Positions 39,014 through 51,132 of a DNA stretch of 64,000 bases are shown piece by piece. The DNA is from Felis catus (lineage: Eukaryota), in contig NC_058383.1 of NCBI RefSeq assembly GCF_018350175.1, positions 5,582,001 to 5,646,000 on the forward strand, given 5' to 3'. Numbering within the stretch: the first letter of the stretch is position 1; the number at the start of each line of letters is the position of its first letter. Both the position numbers and the translations under genes were made by a program. The notes beneath the pieces were generated by a model, which had not been told where the DNA came from, searched no databases, and saw only the letters and a list, made by a program, of their open reading frames with translations.

Positions 39014-39072
<59 letters not shown>
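38819..39072. repeat. Compound (CA)n/(CT)n microsatellite
   Basis: Four (CA)n blocks alternating with three (CT)n blocks. Confidence 0.97.
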
Positions 39073-39074
<2 letters not shown>

Positions 39075-39309
39075 AACACTCAGAGCCCCTCAGTGCCAAG
39101 TCAGCTTGCCTTTCAGGCTCCTGGAGGGGGTGGGGGCAGGCTTATTTTTATGGTGAGGAGGTCTCTCTGTGATTCCCCTTACTTTGGACAGGCCCAGGGC
39201 TTTGGCCTGTTCACCACCCCCACCATCCCCATTGAGCTTTGTAAACCAAGACCACAAAAGCCCAATTCTGTGATTCAGCAAATGCACCAGCTCAAAGGTG
39301 GTTCCATTG

Positions 39310-39711
39310 TTTTTGAAATGTTTGTTTATTTTTGAGAGAGACAGAGACAGAGACAGAGCACGAGCAAGGGAGGAACAGAGAGAGAGGGAGACACAGAATC
39401 CGAAGCAGGCTCCAGGCTCCGAGCTGTCAGCACCGAGTCCAATGCAGGGCTCAAACTCACGAACCGTGAGATCATGACCTGAGCCGAAGTCAGACAGTTA
39501 ACAGACTGAGCCACCCAAGTGCCCCTCTATTTTTTTTTCAAGTTTATTTATTTATTTTGGTGGGGGGAGGGACAGCGAGAGAGGGAGAGAATACCAAGTG
39601 CTGACAGCTTGGAGCCTGGCGTGTGGGGCTCAATCCCACAAACCATGAGATCATGACCTGAGCCAGAATCAAGGGTCAGGCGCTCAACTGACTGATCCAC
39701 CCAGCGGCCCC
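39310..39711 (-). mobile_element. Two adjacent antisense CanSINEs (~39310-39525, ~39530-39711)
   Basis: Two antisense heads and tails. Confidence 0.88.
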
Positions 39712-40861
39712 TCAGAGGTGGTTTTAGTATTCTCCTTAGCTCTTCAAGTTCTAGGGTTTTTCCTGGTAATTCTATGCTATCTTATCTCATCTGTGATGCC
39801 TTTAAAAAGATAATTTTAATGTTTTGTCCAAATTTTTACTATTCCTAGCAGGGTGTTTAACCTGAGAGCTTAGCCTGTGCTCCTGGACACAGAGCCCATC
39901 CCTGGTTTCTGACACCGTGACAAGTCTAGCGGTAGGGCGGGCAGCATTGCCGACGTCAGCCTGCGGCAGGGGCCGCGCTGCCCTGTGCCAGGGGGGACGG
40001 GAGGGACCTCTCTCAGAGAGTTTTGCTGGAAGAGTGGGTAAGACCCCCCAGGACATTTTTCTGCCCAGAAGGAGGAGGCCAGTGGTATTTGAGGAGGCAA
40101 GGGCCAGTTCAAGGTAAAGAATTCCGCAGCTAGGGGTGAGGGGCCGTGACTGACGGCGGCTGTCCTGCAGGAGACTGCACAGCGTAGCACAGAGAGCCCC
40201 GGGGCAGGGACGGACCTTGATGAGGGGACACGGCTCTTCTCTGTGGCCTGTGTGAGGAGATGAGAAAGGGAGACCGAAGACGTTAGAGGTGGGGAGTCGA
40301 GAAAGCCCACGCTTCATGCTTCCTGAACAACAGGGTGAGCCGGGGGCCGGCGAGGGCTTTGGTTTGGGAACGGGCCTTCTCGGGAGAGGGAGTTTTAGAG
40401 CAGGCATTTGGAGAGTTGCGACGGGTAGGGTCATGTGCCCAAGCTCACACCAGCTGTGGCAGCGAATTTCTTATTTTCCTCACTTAGATTGTAGACTCCC
40501 TAAAGTCATCGATAGCGTCTTAAACTTGTTTTGTATCCAGAACGACCCTCTGCCTCTGGCAGGTCTGTGCCGGCGAGAAGGTGTGTTCTCCTTCTTGAGT
40601 TGAGTTGGGAGATTTGGGTCTATTTTGTTTCCTCTTGACAGAAGGGATCTCTCAACTTAGATTCTGAATGTGCTTTCTTTCACTGATTTGTGAAGTTAAC
40701 GTAAATTAACTCATAAGTTACGTTGTACTGTACAGTATCAGATAATAAACGTATTTATTTAATGCGGTTTATTATTCAAACAAACACCTGGAGGCCTCGA
40801 TCCCAGGTCACGTAAACCATCCACACCCAAACCTGGCTGGATGTCAGAATCACTAGGGAAC

Positions 40862-41091
40862 TTTTTTTTTTTTTTTTTAAGTTTATTTTTTTATTTTGAG
40901 AGAAAGAGAAATCGTGAGTGGGGGAAAGGACAGAGAGAGAGGGAGAGAGAGAGAAAGAGAGAGGATCCCAAGCAGGCTCTGCACTGTCAGTGCCGAGCCC
41001 GATGTGGGGCTCGAACTGACGAACCACGAGATCGTGACCTGAGCCGGTCAGACACTTAACTGCTTAACCGACCGAGCCACCCAGGCGCCCC
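40862..41091 (-). mobile_element. CanSINE inserted in a probable MER5-like hAT remnant (~40820-41195)
   Basis: Antisense SINE; flanks gtcagaatcactaggga ... ttcccagatgac...gcttgggagccattg resemble MER5. Confidence 0.8.
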
Positions 41092-41887
41092 TTTAAATGC
41101 AGTTTCCTAGGCCACACCTACATTATCACGTGAGAGTCCTTGGGGTGGGGGGTTCCCAGATGACACAGATAGTCAGCCAGGCTTGGGAGCCATTGCAGTG
41201 GCCAGGAGATGCCGTAAGACCCGGGTGGAGACACAGAGACTGCTTAGAGGAGGTGGAGAGTAAGTGTCCCTCTGGCTGAGCCGCAGAGGCTGTGTCCGTG
41301 GCGACAGAGGACTTGGTGTGAGGGAGGGGGATGGGTCCCAGGAGGGGGCATTCCCTTCTGCCTGTGGTAACAGCCGTGGGCCTGGAGGCACAGAGAGGCT
41401 CCGGCAGGTGGCCTCTTCTGGCCCACGGGTAGCTGGCGGGATGACGGGAAGAAGCCCCTCCGAAACAGCAGCCAAACCCAACTGTTTACGACTGTCGCGA
41501 GCGGGATTTCTTTGTCTGCCTCAGGATGTTCCTCTCGTATCTCACCATTTTACTGAACTCTTACATCGTTCTAAAGATGTGCCAAAAAATTTCTTGAGTT
41601 TCAAAGTGGACAGTTACACTAGCTGTTATCTATAATTATGCCCGTTCCTTGTTTAAGTTTTTCTTTCTGCGTTGGCCAAAGCTTCTAGAGTACTCTGTAG
41701 CAAATATGAGGAGGCATACTTGACCTCATTGTATTGAAGGTGACTTTTTTAAAAAATCACGTTAAAGAGCTATCTTTAATAAACTTTTCAGTACACACTT
41801 TATTCTTAAAGTCACTAATAAAAATGTGGGTGTTAAAAATTCGACATCTAAAGGGAGGAGGAAATGACTGTTTCCTTTTTTCCACAG

Positions 41888-42037
41888 GTCCCTAGGTGTG
41901 ACACTTTGGGAGCTCTTTGATAATGCTGCTCAGCCTTATTCCAACCTCTCCAACTTAGATGTTCTCAATCAGGTCATTCGAGAGAGAGACACAAAACTCC
42001 CTAAGCCCCAGCTGGAGCAGCCTTATTCTGACAGATG
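41888..42037 (+). CDS. LMTK2: LMTK2 coding exon 10
   Basis: ttttttccacag|G TCC... (W)[49 protein letters not shown](W)|gtgggt; 150 nt. Confidence 0.96.
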
Positions 42038-42119
42038 GTGGGTAACTCTACTTTACTTTTTTGTTGTTTTCAGAAGATAAGGAAATCCTCTGTCTGTGGG
42101 TGTTAGTAGTATACTCCCC

Positions 42120-42332
42120 ATTTTGATTGATTGATTGATTGATTATCTTAGAGGGGGTGGGGAGCACCAGTGGAGGAAGGGGCACAGGGGACGGGAGGGA
42201 CAGAGAATATGAATCTTAAGCAGGCTCTCATCGAGGAGCCTGACACAGGGCCGGATCCCACGACCTTGGGATCGTGACCTGAGCCAAAAGAAAGAGTCGG
42301 ACTCTCAACCTACTGACCCACCCAGGCGCCCC
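42120..42332 (-). mobile_element. CanSINE
   Basis: Antisense element. Confidence 0.8.
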
Positions 42333-42410
42333 AGTATATTTATTCCCTGTTTTTAAACGATAAATGTTGTTAAAAGCCAAGATTTGTGTATCATTCACAA
42401 CTGATTTTAA

Positions 42411-42630
42411 TTTTTTTTTTTTAATGATTATTTATTTTTGAGAGAGACAGAGACAGAATGTGAGTGGGTTAGGGGCAGAGAGAGAGGAGGCACGGAATCC
42501 GAAGCAGGCTCCAGGCTCCGAGCTGTCAGCACAGAGCCCGACGTGGGGCTTGAACTCACAAGCTGTGAGATCATGACCTGAGCCAAAGTCGTTGGACGCT
42601 CAACCAACTGACTGAGCCACCCAGGCGCCC
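42411..42630 (-). mobile_element. CanSINE
   Basis: Antisense full-length element. Confidence 0.9.
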
Positions 42631-42828
42631 GCAAATAGCTTCATTTTAAAACAATTCCACAATAGGAAACTCCCTAATGTTGACTTTTCTAATTGGTCCA
42701 GACTTCACATTTCTTATTGCACAGAATACATAAACTCCTACCTGTTGTACACTTTTTCCAAAACTAACATTACATTTTTAAAATATATGTTAATTCTAAA
42801 ATCAGTTGTGGGGCGCCTGGGTGGCTCA

Positions 42829-43014
42829 GTCGGTTGAGCGTCCAACTTCAGCTCAGGTCATGATCTCACACGTGAGTTTGAGCCCCACGTCAGGCTCTGT
42901 GCTGCCAGCTCAGAGCCTGGAGCCTGGTTTGGATTCTGTGTCTCCCTCTCTCTCTGCCTCTCCCCCGTTCATGCTCTGTCTCTCTCAAAAATAAATAAAC
43001 TTAAAAAAAAAAAA
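42829..43014 (+). mobile_element. CanSINE
   Basis: Sense full-length element. Confidence 0.9.
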
Positions 43015-43992
43015 TGAGGCTATTTTTGTAAGTGATCCCTAATATGTGAGAAAAGAGCATAGGAAGGGTAATATTTAAATTGGCGGCAGAAGCTAATTTG
43101 CATAGTGCATATTGACATTTGCAAAACAAATTTACTTCTTACGAGTCTCCAGACCAGTTCTTACTCCGTTTCCATTCAGGATCACGTTCACCTCTTTCTA
43201 AGCCTCTGTCTACACCACTGCCTGCCCAGTAGGCACTGCCCGTGAAGCAAGGCAACCCCATGCACTGAGGCAGTGCTCAGCTCCCACAGCGCTCGAACTG
43301 TCTCACCTGGAATAACGTGACACATACTGCCTACAGTTAACACTTTGAAGTTGCCTTTGTCTTCCCTTTTGTTCGTGGCTATGTCGTGGGAGGTTGGCTC
43401 TATTCAGCCAACCCTTCGAAGACCCAGCTCCCCCTTGCTCTCTTCTTTGGACTTCATTTTCTACTGTTTCCCTCCGCTTTCGGCCCCTTTTATGATCTAA
43501 GGAGACCATGTGCTACGTAAGATTGTGGTGTTACTTTTCAGTAGGGGGAGGAGTTAGAGATTAGTCACTACCGCATTTGTCTCTGAGAATTCTTGCAAAA
43601 TAAAACGAGTAAATCTAAAAAACGTGAGACAAGTGCATTCTTTACTACGTAGACAACCTGTGGCGATTTTTTAAAGAGGAGATCATGTTAAAACTGTTTC
43701 TAAATTCAGGGGATAAGTCACTGGGTAGACACCAGAAGGAAAATGACAAACACTGATACCGGGACATGTCCCGGGAACACACAAAATTAGTAGGCCCAGC
43801 GTTTATGTTTCTTCATTTCCTCTTGCGCCACAATGTATTTCACCGTGAACCGAGATCCTTCATGTGGCTGACAGTGATTATAGCATAGAAACTTTTGAGG
43901 TGCGAATTGGCTTGGGAGTCCTCGTGAAGTCCTTTCTTGTTTTAAAGCGGTTTTACCATCATTCCATTAATCACCTCTGAATCGTTGCCCAG

Positions 43993-46975
43993 GTATGAAG
44001 TTTTGCAGTTCTGCTGGCTGTCCCCGGACAAGAGACCAGCGGCTGAGGACGTGCACAGGTTGCTCACCTACCTGCGGATGCAAAGCCAAAGGGACTCAGA
44101 AGTCGACTTTGAGCAGCAGTGGAATGCTCTTAAACCTAATACAAACAGCAGAGACACTTCAAGTAATGCCGCATTCCCAATCCTCGACCACTTCGCCAGG
44201 GACCGGCTGGGTCGTGAGGTGGAGGAAGTCCTCACCGTGACCGAGACCAGCCAGGGCCTGAGCTTTGAGTATGTCTGGGAGGCAGCCAAGCACGACCACT
44301 TTGACGAGCGCGGTCGGGGCCCCCCAGACGAAGCCTTGTCCTACACGAGCATCTTCTTTCCAGTTGAAGTTTTTGAGAGTTCACTTTCAGATCCCGGGCC
44401 GGGGAAACAAGATGACAGTGGCCAGGATGTGCCCCGTGGGGCCCCCGGAGTGGTCCCTGTGTTTGATGCCCACAACCTTTCTGTTGGAAGCGACTATTAC
44501 ATCCAGTTGGAAGAAAAAGGCGGCAGCAACTTGGAGCTTGATTACCCACCCACACTGCTCACAACTGAAATGGATAACCCGGAAAGGATACACGAGGAGG
44601 CGCCCCAACTCCTGACACTCCGGAACCTTGAATTAGAGGAGTCCAGTACAGATGAGGATTTCTTCCAAAGCGGTGCAGACCCCAAAGATTCCAGCGTACC
44701 CGAGGATGTACAGGTCCCCAGGGGCCCTGAGAGCCCTTTCAACAGTATATTTAGTGATCTTGACAAATCAGAGGATCTGCCCAGTCACCAAAAGATATTT
44801 GACTTGATGGAACTAAATGGAGTTCAAACCGACTTGAAGCCGACCGCTTTCGGTTCAAGTCCGGACGACTCCAGAGAGTCCGTTGTAACGTGCCACTTTG
44901 AGAAAGATAAGCCCCGTAAGCTTTTTGACGGCGAGCCTCTTTGCTTATCAGAAACCCTCATGCACCAAGATAATTTTGATCCACTGAACGTTCAAGAGCT
45001 GTCAGCAAACTTTTTGTTTCTTCAAGAGAAAAACCTACTAAAAGACTCACTGTCTGACAAAGAACATCTAAATGATCTTCAAACAGAACTTAAAAACGCT
45101 GGCTTCACCGAAACGATATTAGAAACTCCACATAGGAACTCTTTAGGTACTGAAGTGAAGTTTGCCGAGAACAAACCAGGCTTTCCTTTGCTGCAGGAAA
45201 GCCTCAGCGCCAAGGGTCAGGATGCAGGTGTCATGTTCAAGGACAGCACTTTGAACACCTCATTACAGGCTTCCCCAGAAGCGCGGGTACCTCCTACCTC
45301 GCTGGAGACAGAAGGAACATCTCCCCGCTTACCTCCAGAGACATCCCCGAAGCAGGGAGAACCCACATGCTCGAATGTCCGTAGCCACGAAGACGGTCTC
45401 TGCCAAGAAACGAATCCGGACCCTGTGACCATCGCGGTAGAAACTCCCGCAGCGGCTACCAGAGCACCCGGTGTTGGTGACCGGTCCCAGGACCTGACCC
45501 GCCAAAGCGAAGAGGCCTTGACACCGACCAAAAGTGACCCGGTTCTTACTGATGACATTTTTGCCAGTGAGGTGAGTATAGGAAGCAGTGTTCCAGAATT
45601 GAGACAGAACTTCCCAAATCAGCCGCTCTCAGAAGACCGACACGCTGACCGTGCGCTGGAGAAAAGCTCGGAAGGTGAGGACGCTCTGAGTGAGCTGCAT
45701 TGTAAAGCGGCTGCCAAGGAGGGGGCCCTGGTGTCCGCCCTGTCCTCAGACTCGACCAGTCAAGACAGCCTCCTAGAAGACAGCTTGTCAACACCCATTC
45801 CGACTTCGGAACAGTCCGTGGAGACCCCGGACTCTCTGGATTCGGTGGATGTCCGTGACGTTTTATTGGGATCCTTAGGCTCTCACACTCCTCAGAAACT
45901 CGTGCCCCCCGATAAGCCTGCAGACAGTGGCTACGAGACGGAGAACCTGGAGTCCCCTGAATGGACCCTGCACCCCGCCCCCGACGGCGCCTCGGCCGCG
46001 GAGGCGGCCACGGCAGGCGACGGCAGCCGTGGCACCCTGCCCCCCAACCCGGTCATCGTCATCTCAGACGCAGCCGACGGCCACAGGGGTACGGAAGTGG
46101 CCTCGCAGACTTTCGCGCCTGGCTCTCAGAGCTCGTACCGAGACTCCGCCTACTTCTCAGATAATGACTCTGAGCCCGACAAGAAGTCCGAGGGCGTCCC
46201 GGGACCCTCGGCCTCGGCCTTGGTGGTGGTAACGGACCAGCCGCCGCCTGAGCCGGTCGTGCCGGAGCAGAGTCCTGGCGCCCAGGACAGTTGCCTGGAA
46301 ACCAGCCACGGCCAGCCAGACCGAAGCCGTCTCCCCGCTTCGCACAGTTCCGGTCACCCGGCGTCCAGAGACACTTCGGAACCGGCACCACCTGACGTTT
46401 CCGAACAGATGCCGCCTCCCGAAGACGAGGCCGGCAGTCCCTTGAGTTTGGGGAACTCCGAGCTGAGCAGCAGCGATGACTTCGAGGCACCAGAGGAGCG
46501 CCCCTGCACGCTCGCTTCCACCGGAACCAACACCAATGAGCTCCTTGCCTTTGCGAGTTCCACCCTGTGCCCCGGCAGCACGGCGGACGTGACGGCGGAG
46601 AAGTCGTCGTGCGGCCACTCCGAGGGCCCCAAGCTGAAGGAGCCGGACGTCGAAGGGAAGTACTTGGGGAAACTTGGAGTGTCGGGCATGTTGGACCTCT
46701 CCGAGGACGGCATGGATGCCGACGAGGAGGACGAAAACAGCGACGACTCGGACGAAGACCTGCGGGCGTTTCACCTGCACAGCCTGAGCTCCGAGTCGGA
46801 GGACGAGACCGAGCACCCGGTGCCCGTGATCCTCAGCAACGAGGACGGGAGGCATCTGCGCAGCCTGTTGAAACCTGCGGCCTCTGTCGCCATCGACCAG
46901 CTGCCGGACGACTGGAAGAAAGAAAAGAAGGCGGTGACGTTTTTTGATGATGTCACGGTCTATCTGTTTGACCAG
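43993..46975 (+). CDS. LMTK2: LMTK2 coding exon 11 (end of kinase domain plus long acidic, Ser/Pro-rich tail ending in PP1-docking KAVTF)
   Basis: gttgcccag|G TAT GAA... to ...[17 protein letters not shown]|gtatct; 2983 nt; corresponds to ORF 43985..47146 trimmed to its splice sites. Confidence 0.97.
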
Positions 46976-47469
46976 GTATCTGTTAACCTCCACACGTTGT
47001 CGTCTCGGGGAATTCCAGAACGTGTTAGGAAATCGAGTGCGCTTTGTTTTCCTGATGGCCGCTTTGAGGCCGCAGAGTGTGTTAGGATTCCCCAAAGACG
47101 GGAATTGGGGGTTGGTTACGGTTCCCAAGAATATGCAGAGGTGTAGGTGGGACAGGGAAGTCCTGTCGAGTTAAGGGAAGGAGACGCGGATGCTCTTTCT
47201 GGGTCCGCCGGCAGAGGCCTGCTGAAGTCGGCTGCGCTTTACACACCGCATTTCCGTAACCCAGCAGTTGGCAGTGGTGGTCAGCACGCAGGTGCAAGCC
47301 GGAACAGTCTGTGGCTCACAGGTGGCCCCGGAGTTGCCGGCCACCGGCGGTCCCTGTGGATCGGGACCAGGGAGCGGCAGCGGCAGAGGCAGCATCCGTG
47401 GCCCTCCAGGCCTCCCGTGCCTGCTGGGCCCTGCTCCACGAGCTCAGACTTCAGCCTCTTTAACAATGA

Positions 47470-49900
47470 AGGGTTGAAGGTTTTCTTGTGTCTGTCACTG
47501 ATTTCTAGTCTGATTCTGTTACGGTCAGAGAGCGTGTCTGATATGGTTTCAGTTCCTTTAAACTTAAAAAGGTTTGTTTCGGAGCCAGGCTACGGTCTGT
47601 CTTGGTGAACGTTCCACGTGTACTTGAAAGAACGTGCCTGAATGTCCGTTGGATCTGGATGGTGGGCGGTGTTCAGTTCTTCTGCACTGGTGCTGAGGTG
47701 CTGATTTTTCTGCGTGCTGGTAGTTCCGTCTGTGGCCGGATAGAAGAGAGAGAGGTGTTGAAGTCTCCGACTGCAATTCTGGATTTGTCTCTCTCGGTTT
47801 GTTAGTCTGTGCTTCCTCTGTTTTGCGGCTCTGTTGTTAGCCGCATGCACGTTTAAGACCATTAGATCTTGTTGTTGAGATGACCTTTTACCGTGACAGA
47901 ATGTCCTTCTTTATTCCCTTGTCTGATATTCATGTAACCGCTCCAGCTTTCTTTTGATCAGCATTTGCATGAGCTCTCTTTCTTCAACCTTCTACTTTCA
48001 GTCTACGTGTATCATTATGTTTGACGTTAGTTTCTTGTGAGTAGCAAATCAGTTTTTAAATCTCTTCTGAAAAATCCTGTCTTCTAATTGATGGTTTTAG
48101 GCCACTTACATTTAATAAAATTAGTCTTGTTTGGATTTTGGCATACCATTTTCTTCGTTTCTGTTTGTTTTTACTTGGTCGTTCTTCCCATCTTTGTGGT
48201 AATTTAGGCCTTTTTTAATATTACCTTTTAATTTATCATTGCATTTTTTTCACTACGTATCTTAGGTTTTGTCATGGTTTGGGGGATTAAAATATGCATA
48301 CTTGTCACGATCTACTTAGAATCAGTACTGTACCATTTCCAGTGGAAAGCAGAAAACTTACTACTGCTGTCTGGAATATTATTCCACGCGCTTACTCTGA
48401 AAGCCCCGTCAGACGGTGCTCTGCGTGATCAGTGTTTCCAGCAATCAAACATGTTTTAAGAAACTCAGGAGGGGCGCCTGGGTGGCTTGGTCGGTTAAGC
48501 GTCCGACTTCGGCTCAGGTCATGATCTCATGGTCCGTGAGTTCGAGCCCCGTGTTGGGCTCTGTGCTGACAGCTCAGAGCCTGCAGCCTGCTTCGGATTC
48601 TGTGTCTCCCTCTCTCTCTCTGCCCCTCCCCTGTTCATGCTCTGTCTCTCTCTGTCTCAAAAATAAATAAATGTTAAAAAAAAAAAATTAAAAAAAAAAA
48701 CTCAGGAAGTGACAAATTGGGTTCTGTTTATCCACGCGGGCTCTACTGTTTCTCTCTTTTCATTTTTGATGTTCCAGGATCCTTCTGGTATCATTTCCCT
48801 TCCGTTTGAAGAAGTTTGGCTTTTTTTTTTTTTTTAATCAAATCTCCTGACAACAAATTACCTTAGTTTCCCTCACTCCTTAAAGATATTTTCTCTGAAT
48901 CCACAGTTCAGAGTTGACAGCTCTCTTCTCTCAGTATTATTATGTCTGTTTGCTGTCAGGACTTTTTTCTTTGCAAAATTTATTTTTCCTCTTAGCAGTT
49001 TGATCGTGAGTGTGGATTTCTTTGTGTTTACCCCGTTTCAAATTTGCTGAGCATCTTGAATCTGTAGTTTTTTGTCTTCCACCAAATTCAAGAAGTTTTC
49101 AGCCATTATGTCCCCAAATGCTTTCTTTCACCGCACTCCGGGTCCCCTCCTCTGGTGCTCCGGGATCAGACTTTTGTGTGTCTGTGGCCTGTTGGCTTTT
49201 TCTCCCGTGTCTGTTTTCATCATTGTTCAGACTGAATCGTTTCTGTTGATCTCCTTCAAATTCAGTCATTCTTTGTCATCTTGTTACTGAGTCTGTCCAG
49301 TGGATTTTTTTAAGTTCTAGCTACTGTATTTTTCTGTTTTGAAATTTGCACTTCGTTATTATTTTTATCATCTGTTCTTTTGCCAAGACTATTCTGGGTT
49401 GGCATTCATTTCAAGAACGTTTGCTCTTGCTCGTAGGAACATTTTCACAATAGTCTTTAAGGTAATCCCAGCATCTGTGTCATCATGGCATTGGCAGCCG
49501 TGAACTGAGGTTTTCCTGATTCTTTGTATGCAGAGTGATTTTTTGACTGATTCTTTAGTGTGTTTATGATTCTGTCCTTGTTTAGATTCTAAGGAGAATG
49601 CTGATATTTTTGTCCTAGAAGGCATTGACCCACTGGGGTTCAGGTCTCAAGTTCCAGCCACCCTTCTGTGGGCTGGGGGTCCCCGTTTAAAGCTTTTGCT
49701 ATACTGTTCAAACCTGTCCTGTGCACGTTCCCCCCACTGGCCAGGGTGGGTCTTGGCCAGTGGTCTGGCCTGCGGTTCAGTTCTCAAAGCTTCGGTGCTG
49801 TCGACATTCAGGTCTACCACGCGCGGCTCGGAGGTAAGGCAGGTTCTCACAGACTTGATAGGGTTGCTTTTCTGAGCTCCTCCCTGTCCGTGGTGTCCCT
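47470..49900 (-). mobile_element. Degraded antisense L1 fragments in LMTK2 intron 11
   Basis: ttggtgaacgttccacgtgtacttgaaagaacgtg, gtgttgaagtctccgactgcaatt L1M motifs. Confidence 0.7.
48471..48700 (+). mobile_element. CanSINE
   Basis: Sense full-length element; TSD aaactcagga. Confidence 0.92.
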
Positions 49901-50497
49901 GGTACTTTCCGATGTCTTGAACCCCACTTTTCGGTTGCTGCAGCTGAACATCTGGGGCTTTCGTTAGTGCACGACACTGCACGCTGGATGCGGCTGTGTG
50001 GACAGAGGGGAAGACGAGCAGCAGGACTTCTGTCTCAGGATCCCAGCTCCCCCAGGGGGAGAGTGAGTTCCCCCCCCGCCCTCAGAATTCTAGGTGCCTG
50101 CCACCCCAGGATTGCTTGGGGCTGGGGAGCAAGAGATGGAGGGGGGCCATCTGGAAGCCCCCTGCCCAGCGTCAGAAGACCTCCCTCCTGCTTCAGAACC
50201 AGAACCAGAACCAGAACCAAGGGGCTTCTGGGGCTCTCTGTGTCCACTCCGGTACGCGCCGTTGAGGAGTTCTTCCCCGGCCTGCCTGCCACTGCTTGCT
50301 TTCCGGAGGCCTCCGGCAGCCGCTTCACGCTTGCCGCCCGGGTCCCGGAGCGGCTTCGGTGGGTGAACCGGGGCTGTGTTCCGTCGCACCTTCCCCGGGC
50401 CCAAGCCCACCCTGTTTGAGGAGGAGCGTTTCGCGGCCGATCAGTGAGGCTCCCGCGAGCCGGCCTCTGCTGACGGGAATTTCTCTTTGGCTTTCAG

Positions 50498-50636
50498 GAG
50501 ACCCCGACCAAAGAGCTGGGGCACTGCGGAGGAGATGCCCACGGCCCCGAGTTGAGCGGCCGCGGCCCGGCACCGCCTTCGGGTTCTCCCTACCTGAGCA
50601 GGTGCATAAATTCCGAAAGCTCGACCGACGAAGAAG
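50498..50636 (+). CDS. LMTK2: LMTK2 coding exon 12
   Basis: ggctttcag|GAG... [46 protein letters not shown](G)|gtattt; 139 nt. Confidence 0.94.
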
Positions 50637-50889
50637 GTATTTCCCTTCGTTCGTGGGTTTAAAAAGAAACTAAAAGGTAGTGGGCTGTGAGTGAGGGAGG
50701 CTTTTGTGGAGGGTGACGTCACGTACTGCTGTAAAGGACATTGTCAGGACCCCGGGGAGCAGCTCTGCCCCGTCGGGCCGAGTCGGTGTTGCTTGGTCTA
50801 CAGGCACACTTGTGTGCCTGCCCTCGGCCCTCTGCTCTTTCTAACAGAATCAGAGAAGGAAAACTGGGGTGTATTTTTTTCCCCTTTAG

Positions 50890-51132
50890 GTGGAGGCTTT
50901 GAATGGGATGATGACTTCTCCCCGGACCCTTTTATGGCGAAGACAACAAGTAACCTTCTCAGTTCCAAGCCTTCCCTTCAGACGTCCAAGTACTTCTCGC
51001 CGCCTCCGCCGCCCCGGAGTGCAGAGCAGAGCTGGCCTCACACGCCGCCATATTCCCGGTTCTCCATCTCGCCTGCCAACATCGCCAGCTTTTCTCTCAC
51101 TCACCTTACTGACTCGGACATGGAGCAAGGAG
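50890..51132 (+). CDS. LMTK2: LMTK2 coding exon 13
   Basis: cccctttag|GT GGA... [15 protein letters not shown]...[26 protein letters not shown](G)|gtgaga; 243 nt. Confidence 0.96.

Noticed and set aside
38747..39335. HT/SL/CV-repeat ORFs
   Set aside because: Translations of the dinucleotide microsatellite
46157..47128. 323-aa antisense ORF over LMTK2 exon 11
   Set aside because: Shadow ORF caused by GC-rich codon usage on the coding strand
1465..48670. Many similar short ORFs (…AQVMISRFVSSSP…SLEPASDSVSPSLS…)
   Set aside because: Translations of CanSINE copies, not a gene family or a CRISPR-like array; spacing is irregular and many copies have their own TSD
50194..50219. (CAGAAC)n short tandem repeat
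   Set aside because: Ordinary four-copy hexamer microsatellite in an intron
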